From NCBI GenBank assembly GCA_011109175.1, contig RDEW01000038.1:131616-195615 (forward strand): a DNA stretch of 64,000 nt, given 5' to 3'. The translations under genes were made by a program, and so were the position numbers. The notes beneath the pieces were generated by a model. The model was not told the DNA's origin, searched no databases, and saw only the letters and a list, made by a program, of their open reading frames with translations. Positions 48,870 to 61,549 of the stretch are shown in pieces; positions within the stretch are counted from its first letter, which is position 1, and the number at the start of each line of letters is the position of its first letter. This DNA comes from Dicyema japonicum. Taxonomy: Eukaryota; Animalia; Dicyemida.

Positions 48870-49150
48870 TGTAGTATTATTCTCATTTTTATATCTGAAA
48901 ATTTCGAGTTTTTGGAAATATAAACTCTCGGGGATTAAGAATATTATTCACTGTTTTTCTTGAAATTCGAATATTAAATAAATCAGAAAATCTGTGAGCG
49001 ATTGTTTGGCACGATGTAGTATTATTCTCATTTTTATATCTGAAAATTTCGAGTTTTTGGAAACAATTAAGTTTTGAATAATTGCAACGAGAAGCTTTCG
49101 AACACATGGTACAATTTTTGAAATGAAATTTATTTCCAAAGACCACAGTT
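48870..49150 (-). mobile_element. pogo/Tigger-like transposase N-terminal HTH remnant
   Basis: KLNCFQKLEIFRYK..N.....IA.RF......ISRKTVNNIL (CENP-B/psq-type HTH pattern). Confidence 0.55.
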
Positions 49151-49159
49151 AAAGACAAA

Positions 49160-50050
49160 AACAAAAAATTATGTAATTCAGGCGAATTTCAAAAGGGCTC
49201 TCAGCTTGGCCCGGTGGTCTTTTCTCGATCCAACAAATGCACGCAGTGAGCGAGTGATCCTCTGGTATTGTTGAGTTTGGCCTCCTTCCAAGGGGGTAGG
49301 TGTAGAATTTAGATCGCCTTTGATCCAGTTTTCTATCACGGAAAACGCTCTTTTTTGGGTTGCCGCAATTCTCTGGGCATTCGTCCAAGAAATTGAGGGG
49401 CCCCGTGATGCACATTCATGTGATATACATGGGTCGACGTACTGGCTGTATAGTGATTTCAGAACGGGATGACTTCCGATTTTCCATAAACCAGAGATCC
49501 CCTTCAAGAGGTTGATTTTCTTTTCACATTTGTTTAAAACATTTCCCACGTGGCGCGAGAAAGTCATATGGGTGTCGAATACTACTCCCAGGATCTTCTG
49601 CCATTTTTGGAATGGCAACTTGCTTCCATCTGCTTCTATATCCACTGTCCTGTTGGATATTCTCTTATCAGAGGTAAGGAGAGACTTAACCGATTTTTCC
49701 GGGCTGATCGACATACTGTTTTTATTTAACCAGTAAATTAAGCAGTTTACAAGTAATTGTAATCTCTCCGAGGTGACCTGAAAGTCTTGGTCCCTGGATG
49801 CAATAACAATATCATCTGCATAAGCCAGTAAAAGGTCATCCTCATGCTCCGGAGTCGGGATATCATTTAAGAAAAGGTTAAAGAGTATAGAGGATAGAAG
49901 TGATCCTTTGGATATTCCATTTGGAATTAAACGGGAGCTCGACCGTAGGTTTCCCAAACAGACTCGTCCTCTTCGTTTACTGAAGAAATTCACCAGCTAG
50001 AGTTTGAAATTCCCAGGTATATCCGTCTGATAGATTTACCTGGTGAGTCT
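49160..50050 (-). mobile_element. LINE RT + 3' end
   Basis: GSLLSSILFNLFL, YADD, KILGVVFD..MTF..HV. Confidence 0.88.
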
Positions 50051-50099
50051 TTTTTTGGAATGTGTTGGGTCAAAAGTCCAGCGTCGAGAGAAGCTGAGA

Positions 50100-50350
50100 A
50101 AGATGCAGAAATCTACGATGCAGAAACGATGCAGAAAGGGTTTGACGAGTGACTCCGTCATCAGCGGATACTCACTGCGGAACTGGATTGTCTAGAAAGG
50201 ACCCACACACAAGAAAAAGAAAAAAAGAAGTGAAGATAATTCCTTGGTTCTACGATTAGTTAAAATTAACTGTTCTTTACTTAAATAAAGTGTGTGTCCT
50301 GCCTATGCAGAGCTATAAATACTATTGCTCTCGTGAAAAGGCTTTAGAAA
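50100..50350 (+). repeat. Second copy of the SINE-like repeat
   Basis: Shares TGACGAGTGAC.CCGTCATCAG, the A-rich tract, TTCTACGATTAGTTA, AAATAAAG and the terminal stem-loop with 950-1146. Confidence 0.6.
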
Positions 50351-50719
50351 AAAAATTGAAAGAATTAGTAAAAATAAATTTTATGTTTTTTAATAATGTG
50401 TAGCCAATTTGAAAATTGGCCGATTTAAGGGTTGGCCAACTCATACTGTGACTTACTCAAACTTCTACATATATCACTTCCTTCTTCATACATACCAATT
50501 TATACTAAGACCCATATTTTAAATGGTGTCCACATTTAAATTACACTTTCATGGTCAAAATTAAAAACTTGTTTTAAGATCAATTATACGTCCTTTCTAT
50601 CTCCTTAAAAATAACTACGCACAAAACCTACTTCTTTTTTCAAATTAACATGTTAAGTAAGTTATTATAAAGTAAAACTGCAAATTAATTGATGGAGAAA
50701 GTAATATGAAAAAGTAGGG

Positions 50720-51608
50720 CATGGCAATCAACTTCTACCCAGACAGTCTCCCCAAGAAATCTTTAAACACAAGTTCATCTCTGAATATAAGTACCAGATA
50801 CTTAAGTGGCTCCCTCCTTGGAGACCATGAAGACATTACAAGAAGTAAAACCTTAGCACAAACTGCCCTCTCCAGACTGAAGAACACCTGGCTCCACAAA
50901 AATGGCTTTGACGTTATAACAAAAACTCGATTATACAACTCGCTATTGAAACCCATACTACTGTATAACGCTGGTTTTTGGGCCTACTCAAAAAATGAAT
51001 TGAAGAGGCATAATGCGTTTCATAGAGACCAACTACGGCATATGATGTTCAAAAGAAGTGATACGAGGGTATCATCTAATCTTCTCTTTAAAAGGACGAG
51101 GACCTCTGAAGTTTCAAATGAAATTCTGGATACACGATGGAGGGTTTTCGGCCATATTCTGNTGAACTGAAGAGGCTTAATGCGTTTCATAGAGACCAAC
51201 TACGACATATGATGTTCGAAAGAAGTGATACTAGGATGTCATCTAATTTTCTTTATAAAAGGACGAAAACCTCTGAAATTTCAAATGAAATTCTGGATAC
51301 ACGATGGAGACTTTTCGGCCATATTCTGCGACTGGAACTAGATCCTTCGCGAACGTAGCCATGGAGGATTACTTCATGTTGGAAGCCCCCCGTATCCGTG
51401 GTCGCCCAAGGACGACACTGCCAGTCGTTCTCGACGAGGACCTCAAAGAAATGGACGGCATCTTGGTAGTAGAGAGGATCTTGACTGGTTACGCACTACG
51501 GCTTTGAATAGGAGGTAGTGGATGAAATAAACTAGTGACTTGCTAACTCATGTTGCACATGCTTTGTCAAGTCCTATGACATAGCAATAAGTGCAAATAA
51601 TAATAATA
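50720..51608 (+). mobile_element. RTE-clade LINE 3' part with (AAT)n tail
   Basis: TKTRLYNSLLKPILLYNA..W, RWRLFGHILRL, RGRPRTTL; tail at about 51596-51608. Confidence 0.9.
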
Positions 51609-52274
51609 CTTTAGTGCGATTTTTAAAACCTCGATTAAGATTTTAGATTAATCTGCAAACCTTGCACATTTTTCTTTTAAACCACAGGGGATTTGGCATA
51701 CTAGGATTTATCTCGTATGCAAGCTTTAGAGCAAGATTGCGCGTTTTCTCAAATTCATTGAGAATTGAGTCTCTCATTTTTGAGTCGTACCGTCCTTCTA
51801 ATCCTTATAACATTGCAGGAAGTGTTGCGGAATTGAAGGCCTAAACAAAGGTCTCCGGCTCGATTCACAAGCTGTGTCATCTTTCGCGAATTTACTACCT
51901 GGAAGTATTTCCACGCTCTATGAAGACCTTATATTCTTGAATACCCAATCACCATGCGTGCAATGAAGAGACCTATACAGGGAAAAGGATAGTTACTCGA
52001 AAAGGCTCTAGACCACTTGTGTCTCTTGAAGTGCATATATCATTATTCCTCCTAAAGACCAATTTAGCGTATAGAGGCTTGCATATGTCTTAACGACTGC
52101 TCTCTATTTCACTTAATGTGACCAACTCGCTCAAATTGACAGGATCTTTCGTTCGACAACGGAGCGTATTTTACTAGAATACGCTTCCGTCTTATATAAT
52201 CAACTCTTAAAGCCGTCGGTAGACTATTCCTGTGCCTCCTGGGCTAATTGAATTTTAATTTCGAACCTCTACAC

Positions 52275-53010
52275 TAGTAGTTCCCAACTTGGGTACCGGG
52301 GAACCCCACGGTTCCGCAAAATTTATTATAAATTATTTAATAATAGTTTTTAATTACACAAACACGGGATGAAGGTTTCTGATAAAGAGTACACCTCTGC
52401 TACCTCTCAACTTGTGAACTGGCATGCTGTGAGGACATCCCACTTGATTCTAATAGATATTTCGACTGACGCTGATATGGAGATGGGGAATAACAGATAG
52501 TTGATGGCACACTCATCTTCTAAGAGAAGGAGAAAGATTACCAGCGATCTGGATTAAAATCCGCTTAATTAGATAATTTACTCGTTTACTTTTTCAATTA
52601 CTGTTTTTCAAAAAAATTAAAATGTATTAAACATGATTCGGTTTTGGGTTAGTTAGTCAATTAGTCAATTTTATAAGATTTTTAATGAGAAAATAATAGC
52701 ATAGGAGATTCCAAAAAATATTCAAAAGGTTTTTTCACACATGGGTTTTCTCAGAACGGATCTGATTTACCGCATACGACAAAATGTGTAATATGCCATC
52801 ATATAATGTCTAACATATCTCTATCAAAATATTTATTGATGAAGCATCCTCATTTAAAGGATTAAGTTATTTCCTTTTTTTTAAACAAATTGAATTCATC
52901 TACAAGGTGCAAGTTGGAAATGTCCAATTTTGTGAAAGACGAAAACTTAAAATCGGCCAGAGCATGCTATGAAGTATAGAATTATTTTAATTAAACAGGT
53001 GAGTTATCTT
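52275..53010 (+). mobile_element. hAT (Buster) 5' end with BED zinc-finger remnant
   Basis: TAGTAGTTCCCAAC terminus; GF....P...CVIC..IMSN......KHP.LKD...FF, ARACYEV. Confidence 0.75.
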
Positions 53011-53039
53011 GTAGCACGTTGTGGAGAGGTACATTTAGT

Positions 53040-53283
53040 TAGTTAGTTAAAGCACACTCGATTTACCAATAAACGTTGTTTATGGTTTCGCTTGTGCCAT
53101 GTTTTGCGACTATCTTTTCCGTTAGTCTTCTCCATCCTTTTCGTTGCTGTGCTCGTCTCCTGATTTCGTCCAGATCGTTTGCATCCATCAGTCGGCCCCC
53201 GATCACTGCATAATCTTCCGCAAGTGTCCTGGGATATACAACTTCTTTGACGTCTTCTGAATGTAGAAGATTCAGTATGGCGT
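53040..53283 (-). mobile_element. RTE-clade 3' end
   Basis: TLAEDY...G.RL....DLDEIR.RAQQRKGWRRL. Confidence 0.6.
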
Positions 53284-53319
53284 NACGTTTGCCCTGAACA
53301 ATCTTTACGAGTGCGCTTC

Positions 53320-53580
53320 AAGGGCCTGCTCTGCAGCCGTCAAGGCGGAGAAGGCCAAACTCGAAAAATACGGCGACCTTCCCGATAATGTCCAATTTGT
53401 TCCCCTTCCTATAGAGACTTCCGGATCCTACTCCCCCTCTACACTAGAGTTTTTCAGACGTCTTGGAAACCGGATACCTCATTCACTGGAGCGAATTTCA
53501 CTCGCAATTCTAAAAGGGAACAGCCACGCAGTGAGGGCGGCAGCTAACTAATGTTTTGTCCTTATCATTTTTAATAAAAA
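53320..53580 (+). mobile_element. CRE-clade 3' end
   Basis: AEKAKLEKYGDL...FVPLPIETSG, RISLAILKGN. Confidence 0.8.
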
Positions 53581-54693
53581 AATAACTAAAATATTAACTA
53601 AGTCATGAACAAGATCATTTAGCAATGTAATCTTGATAAAATACACCACAATGATATTTTACTATTTATTAACCCCGGAATCACCGAGAAAGAAAGACAA
53701 AAGTAATGTCAACCAGTTAAGTGATCCCAGTTCCCGCAACCAAACGTGCCATTTGAAGTCTGTGTCTCTCCATTGTTCCCACTGTCGAACGGAAATGCTT
53801 TTTTTGATCCTTGCAGAGGAAGGGGTACAGGTAAATTCATCGCATAATAAATTTAAAAAATAAATAAATTTTTTTAATAATAATTATTAACAAAAACATG
53901 TCAGACAACGAAATGCATTTCTTTTACGATTTGTAGGGAAATTCGTTAAATGAAGAAACTCCTTATCTATTTTTGCGATAAACAACCCGACGCAATTCAG
54001 GGTTAGTGAGCTACTCTCAATAATCCATGAGGTTTCGACTGCGATCCTTTCAAAAGTTAATTATTCTGTCAATAATTATCACTGGAGATAAATTTACCAT
54101 GCAATGAGCTCAAGATAATGGGAGAAATGGTAACTGAGGACTAGGCAATCTTGCATCTTAAACAACCTAATCATCCAAACAAGAATCTCCTGTTTGGTAT
54201 GATAGTTGTCCAAAATCCAGGAAACCCCCAACGGAGCTATAGATCCTAATTCTGACTCTGTGCCTTTTAAGGAACTTCTAATAGAACAATAACAAAAATT
54301 CTTAATGGTTGTCAATCTTCCAAACATCTCTCCACAAAATCCGTGTCAGAAAAAGAATTTTGGTAAATATTTCGTGTATTGGTGGTCTTAGTGAAAGATC
54401 AAATAATTCTTTTTCGTGCCATCATGGCAATAGGCCTCATCTGAAAATTATGGATAACATGAAGCCACTATACTAGAACACGGAAAGACGTGTGATTTTT
54501 GACCAAGTTTACAGGGAGGATTCTAGATCAGGACCAGTGTTACAGACTTTTTGACCACCTCTACTTAGCTACTTGGGCTGTACCTCTTACATAAATAATC
54601 AACACGTCGGATCAGTTTATTAAATTTTGATAGATTAGTGTTCTAGTGTGATTAAGTATGTTAATGTGGTTATCTGAACCTCATCAAAGTATC

Positions 54694-54870
54694 TTACCTT
54701 TTCTTCCCCGAAAAATCGTTTTGCCAGTCGTCAAAGTAATAATCGACTCTGTCGTATATCTCCTCAATCTTAAAATGAACAAAATTAATAAAATTGACAA
54801 TAAAACAGTAAATTAGCAAAAATAAGCAAATATTGAAAATATAGTAAAAAAAAGCGTAATAGCTGCGCAT
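54694..54870 (-). CDS. Candidate 58-aa small membrane or secreted peptide
   Basis: MRSYYAFFYYIFNICLFLLIYCFIVNFINFVHFKIEEIYDRVDYYFDDWQNDFSGKKR*; below the ORF-track cutoff. Confidence 0.3.
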   Translation of the reverse strand: MRSYYAFFYYIFNICLFLLIYCFIVNFINFVHFKIEEIYDRVDYYFDDWQNDFSGKKR

Positions 54871-55329
54871 GAGTGATAAACTATCATTTATATATCGTCC
54901 GTCTATTTATATTTCATCAATAAAAAAATAAGAAATTATTTTAGCAACATGGAATATCGACTATTCCATACAGCTTCTGACAGAGGATCTTTCGGGTTCG
55001 TTTAATTTTGAAGCGAAACGGTTTTGGACTCGGGTCTTTGAAGTTCCGGTGTTTCCCAAGTTCGTGAATTTTTTTCCATCCTCTCTAGAAAAAAGAAGAA
55101 AAGGGCTATCGTCCATCATGAAGATGAGTGGACATGCCTTAGCATAGTAGGTTACCTCGTTAACCTTCCTGAGTGGACAATGTGTGCAATATAAGTGGGA
55201 CACAACCTAAATCTTTCTCATTGGATAGGCCAGTGGAGGTTTACTGGTCGGGAGATTGAAAATAATAAAAACTATGCAAGTTTGCTATTTTTATCCACCA
55301 ATCACTTAATTATAAAAAATAATCCATAT

Positions 55330-56400
55330 CAGAGGTCACATCTATAACTCAGAATTGGGTTTGCAAAGTTATAGTCAATGATCAGCTTTATGTGAGAAGG
55401 CTCTACGCATTCTGCGAGAAGAACCGACCCTACCCTCATCACTCTACTGTGGGAGTCGTCAACACGAAGGAGTGGCTGGAAATTCTTCCGATTATCCCAA
55501 GAACAAGGGAACCCAACATGTTCATCCATGTTACGATCTGAAAATGGGCGATCCTTCTTCAGAAATCCGTCCCCCTTCAACTTATTTTCTAGGCACAAAC
55601 GCAGATACTTTCTGGGAGAAGTGGGGTTCATTAGTTTGGTTACTCTTATCTTCCTTCATTCGAAACCTAGGGTTTCCATTGTCTCCCGTGTCCGTCACCT
55701 CGCCCATGGGGTCCTTGAGTGGTTCACACTCCATGCAACCGCGTCAGTGAAACCCAGTGACTCCCCCGGTTGAATTCTGTTGCTATGCTGATGGTAAAGC
55801 CGCGTCAATTATGTCACCACTGTGATAATGAAGACCTTAGAGATGTCAGCAGGGATCTCAAAGTTGCTTATTACCTGGGAAGGAGTTGTCTCAAATACTT
55901 CAAGGATTATATTGAAGAAGGTAAGACCACTTAAATTCAATCAGTCATATTGAAGAATACTCATGAAAGTATGGTGGTTGAGCATAATCACGGTATTATG
56001 GTCTCCAGTGAAGCTTATCTCCCTTCTCATGACCAAGAACGTGGTGAGGGACTGAGAAGATATCAGAAACTCGAAGTAATCCACACACTGTCATATCAAC
56101 ACTCCCAATACTATATCCTTAATCGATTATCCCAATATCGACATCAGTTTCCCCCAAGCCACCAGTGCTACCAACACATATGTTCTACCCACTGCTCTCT
56201 ATGGTCTTCTTTATCACGATGGTCTGAATATATTCTTGTATACACACTACCAATCCAAAAAGACCAAGAGAAATTCAAAAATTCTGCTACATGAAACAGA
56301 AGGAATAGATCCTCTCCGCAAATTCGCATTCTCCCGGGGACCATGGAGGCGTTTTTTTGAAAATTTTACACCACCAAGTAACCAGAATACCCCCAGTTTA
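55330..56400 (+). mobile_element. Heavily decayed LINE RT remnant
   Basis: LAHGV (PQG-like), CYADG (YADD-like), YLGRSCLKYFK, RFFENF. Confidence 0.5.
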
Positions 56401-56613
56401 AGGTGGTTCTATATGAGGCATTTATAACTGAGGGAATACTCCTGGATATCGAAATCTATCATCCAAGGAGAAAGGTTAACTGGCGGTGTACTAAATTCTA
56501 ATAAATCAAATTTCCCGCCAAAAAGTAACATTGTTGTATATTTCCCGCTTAAAGCAGTAAACATCAAAATAAACATCCACCATTTGATTAAGTTAATACA
56601 AAAAAGCACCAAA

Positions 56614-57718
56614 CTAATCAGAAGTTAAAGTGTCATTAAATAATTGTTCAAAATGTTCAACAAAAAACTTAAAAATTTTCCTATACTGATCCATTACTTT
56701 GATGTATTCGGTAGGATCAGGTGCATCAAACACATTCAAATTACTAAATAAAAATCCTACACCATACTTAAAGACAGAAAAACACCACAAAGTGGTAATA
56801 TCTTCCAAACCCATGCACGTCATTTCTGATTGAGAAAGTATATAATTTAAATGTTTAAATAGAATATAAAGTAATCTAAATATTAATTTGATTATTTTAT
56901 TTTACTGTTTATTTATTTCTGGAATATTTTGTAAAATTATATTCAACTTTTCAAATTTCTCATCATCCGACGTTTGTGGGTCTGAAATTGCTTCTTTCTG
57001 AAATGCTTAAAATAAACACACGATTTCTTCGTGATATTCAATTCCAATGATAGATCCTGGAATGTCTCGAAAGAACTTTTTGAAGAGCTCAGAGAAGCTG
57101 TGAATATTCTTATCTTCGTCAAAGCAGCTCAAATCCCAGTCATCAATACGATTTCTCAATAAAAGCTTATTTATACTTCAGTTCTTCAATTTCACGGGCG
57201 CTTCCGCTAATACGGTAAATCCCTTTGATAACTCCGTTTTTCTCTACGTTACTGCTACATTTCTCAATGAAAGTGATCAGTTTCTCTGGACAATATCTCT
57301 GAGAAATAACCTGGACTTATATCTTCTAAGGGTGTGCCGAAAAACGACTTCTTGATGATCCCGATGATGCTGATGTTTTCTCTTGTTGGTCTCATAACAA
57401 AAAAATGCATCATTTTTGCCACCATTTTTTTAACGAAGACTAAAAATAACCACGTGTTCACCACCTCCACTATTTTTGTGGCTCTTGACTAAGCTGAGAG
57501 GTTTTGGTTTACTTTGCACAGTGACTTCAGCCTCCTCAAAAAGACCGATCTAGCAGTTACTATAGTAGGAAACCTCCACGTGATCCTCGTTCCAGGGGAT
57601 GAAGCCATTGCTGGTTCGGATCCCTCTGAGCCACCCCCCATCACCTAATGAGGACTTGTCGATTATGCAAATGACGTCCCCTTTCTTTGGTTGGAAATGT
57701 GAGGTACCTCAAAACTTA
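56614..57718 (-). CDS. ARHGAP32: SH3 + RhoGAP protein, ARHGAP32/33-like, 5' part lost in the assembly gap
   Basis: SH3 LSFE/KGDVICIID....WLRG...IGLF; FF..RPTRE....GIIKK.FFG.PL; GAP VEKNGVIKGIYRISGS, IHSFSELFKKFFRDIP, HLNYI...S..T.M......W; introns of 23-25 nt. Confidence 0.88.
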
Positions 57719-58088
57719 NNNNNNNNNNNNNNNNNNNNNNNNNNNNNNNNNNNNNNNNNNNNNNNNNNNNNNNNNNNNNNNNNNNNNNNNNNNNNNNNNN
57801 NNNNNNNNNNNNNNNNNNNNNNNNNNNNNNNNNNNNNNNNNNNNNNNNNNNNNNNNNNNNNNNNNNNNNNNNNNNNNNNNNNNNNNNNNNNNNNNNNNNN
57901 NNNNNNNNNNNNNNNNNNNNNNNNNNNNNNNNNNNNNNNNNNNNNNNNNNNNNNNNNNNNNNNNNNNNNNNNNNNNNNNNNNNNNNNNNNNNNNNNNNNN
58001 NNNNNNNNNNNNNNNNNNNNNNNNNNNNNNNNNNNNNNNNNNNNNNNNNNNNNNNNNNNNNNNNNNNNNNNNNNNNNNNNNNNNNNNN
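57719..58088. other. Assembly gap (370 N)
   Basis: Run of N. Confidence 1.
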
Positions 58089-59287
58089 TACCTACCCGAA
58101 AGTCAAAGTGGGTTCAGAGAAGGAAGATCAACAGCTGATGCAGTCTGGAGTCACAGATGGAAATGTGCGACACATCAAAGATATTGCAATGCCATCCACA
58201 TTCTGGGAATAGATCTATCAAAAGCCTTTGACTCGGTTAACAGGAAAAAATTGATGTCAGTGCTAGAAGGGTTTATTGACGAATCGAGTTTAAGAATGAT
58301 TCAAATCTTTCTATCTAACACAGAGCTCCTTGTGAGAGTTGGAAAAACCTACTCAAGAAAATTTGAAACAAACACAGGCACTCCTCAAGGAGACTCTCTC
58401 TCCCCTACTATTCACAATATACTTGGAGGCCGCTATTAGGGAACTGAGACCATTATATCAAGGAAAAATAGAAGAAGTGATTTATGCTGATGATGTCGAC
58501 CTAATTTCTGAAGACAAAGAACTCCTGGAGCATGTACTAGAAAAAGCACCAGATATACTTGAGAAATGGTTTCTCACCGTGAACAGGGAAAAAAACAGAA
58601 CGGACAGAGATAAGAAGAATGAACAACTCACTCGAAGAAAAATGGAGACACATAAAGAAACTTGGCTCACTACTAGGAGATAGCGAAGACATCATACGGA
58701 AAAAAACATTGGCAAATGCGGCATTACAAAGGCTTAAAAATCTTTGGCTAAAACGGAAAGGATGTAACATAAAACAAAGGATTATGTTATAGGACACTTT
58801 CATCAAACCAACTCTACTATACAACTCTGGGACCTGGGCCACCTCTAAAGAGGAATTGGAGAGGCTAGACTCATTTCACAGGAATCATCTAAGAAACATA
58901 ACTGGAATGTCCTGGCCATCCAAGATCTCGCGGAATGGACTATACAATAAGTGTGACTGTATACCATTAAGCCATGAGATCATTAGCTCTCGTTGGAGAC
59001 TTTTTGGACACGTCCTGAGGTTGGACTCGATATCCCCCCCACAAATATCGCAATGGAAAATTACTACTCCTCCACTGTAAAACGCTATACTGGAACTCGT
59101 TTTACACAACAATCTGAAAGCCATGAAGAAAACATTGGCATCTGGTGACGATCTGGACTCACTGAGGGACCTAGCTAAGAACAGAAGAGTTTTGAGCAAC
59201 CTAACTAATTCTCTTATATTTTTTGCTGCACATGCGGGGCTATAAATATTATGGCTCTCGTGAAAGTGCTAATAATAATAATAATAA
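58089..59287 (+). mobile_element. RTE-clade LINE RT and 3' end with stem-loop and (TAA)n tail
   Basis: QSGFREGRST.D, IDLSKAFDSV, GTPQGDSLSP, YADD, RWRLFGHVLRL; tail at 59270-59287. Confidence 0.93.
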
Positions 59288-59859
59288 GTTGAGCGATAAC
59301 ATCTAAGGAAGCCCAAATTTACCGTGGAGCAATGGGGTTTGAGCATATTCGATCAGAGATAGGGATAAAATCCCGAGTTTCAGACTTTTTTTATAAAGGA
59401 ATTTCAAATGATGACTTTAAACACTTTTGTCCTACACTTCGTTTGTAGACATGTTTACCTATCTTCCTATTGAATGTAGGAATTCTGATAGTGTCTTTTA
59501 AAAGTGAAAGCTTGAAAAATTTTTATTTTGACCAAGGGTCATGGCTCCGCATGTGCAGTCAACAAGACACAACTTCATTAGGAAAAGAAAATGTTAATTA
59601 ACTAAGGGATGTGAGCACTGGTCGATTAATCCCAGAGAGATACTGAAATTCCAATTCCTCTTGTCAACTTTCCAGACCAATTCCTTTTTTTGTTAACTTC
59701 CAACTTTCCAGACCAATTCCTTTTTTGGTATTAAGGTGATATTCCAGCATCTTCCTTTTCGTTGTCTTTCCAGGCTTAACACGTTTTTTGGAACGTGTAA
59801 GCCACGTCACCAGCTCAGTTTTTCAGATGTAAAGAGAGAATTTTATTGGCAAAACAAAC

Positions 59860-60740
59860 TCGTTACTAACTAGAAATTTGTATTGAGAAGCCATATATCT
59901 CTTTTTCAATATTTCTTACACCGAATTTATTTCTCTAGCGGTGCGATAATTTTTTATGGATATTTTTCACCCCTCATAATTGGGTGATATTTTGAACTTT
60001 AAATCGAGTCCATATGCCAATTTGATGGCATATCTCATAGATCTATCGAGAAGCTCCACGAGAATACCTTTCAAACGATTTTTTGAAGCCATAGATCATG
60101 AATGGTTCTTTATACTTGCAGTATAAAAATAGAGAAAAGTTTTCGGACTAAAATGAAATCGTAGAAGCGATTTCAACATCGCAGTAGCTTTTTTCCTTCT
60201 GTTCATGATGTGATCTTTAAAGGAACTCTTTGAGTTCACACACACTCCAAGATATTGTAAGTACTCTATAGATCTGATTGATCCGATTTTTACACAAATA
60301 TTAGACCTTTTCCTGTTCCTTACAATCCAGGAAACTACATTTTTAGAGTGATAAAGATAAACTTTCATTTTTTTGATTCGAAATTCTTTTCAAGTAGATT
60401 TATTTATTTTTTAACATAAGTTCCATCTGCATGAATTATCATTTTGGTGAGTGTTCCACATTTGGAATGCCACCTATCACACAATTAAACAAAAGTGGAC
60501 TTAGACAGACCCTTGCGGAACCCCTCTTTAACAAAATTTTATCTATAATGGACTCCCAACAGGAGAAAAAGATCTCTTTCAGAAAGAAACCTTCTCGTAT
60601 ATAAAAGTGTCGTACTTCAAATATTAAAATTAGAGGTCCGTGACAAACCAGCTTGTCAAACACTATCAAAAGCTTTCGAAATGTCCAACATACGACCGTA
60701 AAGCATTCTCTATTTCTCTGAGAAATATAAGAAGGAAAGA
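59860..60740 (-). mobile_element. LINE RT remnant
   Basis: LDISKAFDS, LSPLLFN, YLGVCVNSK.SFKDHI. Confidence 0.8.
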
Positions 60741-60899
60741 TCACAAACAGGGATTGTAGAGCAATGGATATTAGAATCACTGGGACATTGATAGTCTTCG
60801 AAATAGAACAGCTTGTGCAAGTATTGCATACCATCTTAGACAATTTTTTATAAACTCATAGTTCAACTGAGTTACATTCATAGAATTAATAGGCACATG

Positions 60900-61200
60900 C
60901 AAGAAATCAGTAAAGATCATTGAAGTATTGTAGGTGCGTGGTGACATGTGGCTACTTGATTGAAGAGTTCTCTTCCTTCCTTCTGGTGGCTTCATTGGAT
61001 CCACCTTACACAAAAGACATCTAATGCCTGACCGTCATTCAAAAAGATCCATCTATTCATTCCACCAGGAGACAATTCCATTTCATAGCGACGAGTTCTG
61101 AAATCAACCTCAGCTCCTTAAACAGCGTCCTCTGGATCACTGTGCTTGGATGAAGGTTATGGTGGTCGTATCTATCTTTAAGAAGATCAGGTTGTGATTG
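60900..61200 (-). mobile_element. Repeat fragment homologous to 8630-8810 (probable LINE 3' part)
   Basis: Shared GATGGATCTTTTTGAATG.CGGTCAGGCATT and CATCCAAGCACAGT segments. Confidence 0.55.
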
Positions 61201-61549
61201 CTCAACGAGTCATATTCGACAGATCAGTTGATTAGCGAAACTGGAGATTGGGATGCGTGAGCAATTGGGAGATGAGATTGGTAAAATGATGATTTATCAT
61301 TATGTCGAGTTTGGGGCATTATATGGAGGGTAGGTTTTTTTAAGATACAAAGATTGGTCAGGTTCTCAATTATCATTATCCCTTTCTTAAAATGAACTAA
61401 AGTAGATGTATTGAGTTTATTTTTTGGATAATTATCAAGTTCCTGAGCATGGTTAGGGAAAGAAATTCTGGGGGCATAGATAAGCAAATGTTTTAGGAGA
61501 GATATGTATTAATTAGTATTAGGAGTTAGATTTTCCTTGTTTCAAGTTT

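Noticed and set aside
50140-50165. Hammerhead ribozyme on the - strand (CTGATGA followed by a hairpin; also 970-992)
   Set aside because: The required GAAA after stem II is absent (TCAAA/TCAAT) and no stems I/III could be built.
50995-51328. About 165-bp tandem duplication inside the RTE
   Set aside because: The junction contains an N (51162) and the halves differ like alleles or paralogs; probably a contig-join artefact.
56614-56823. ORF initially considered a member of the unknown surface family
   Set aside because: It is the last part of the RhoGAP domain once micro-introns are removed.
57599-58439. Long ORFs spanning the N run
   Set aside because: Artefacts of translating the gap; the left side is antisense RhoGAP/SH3 and the right side is RTE RT.
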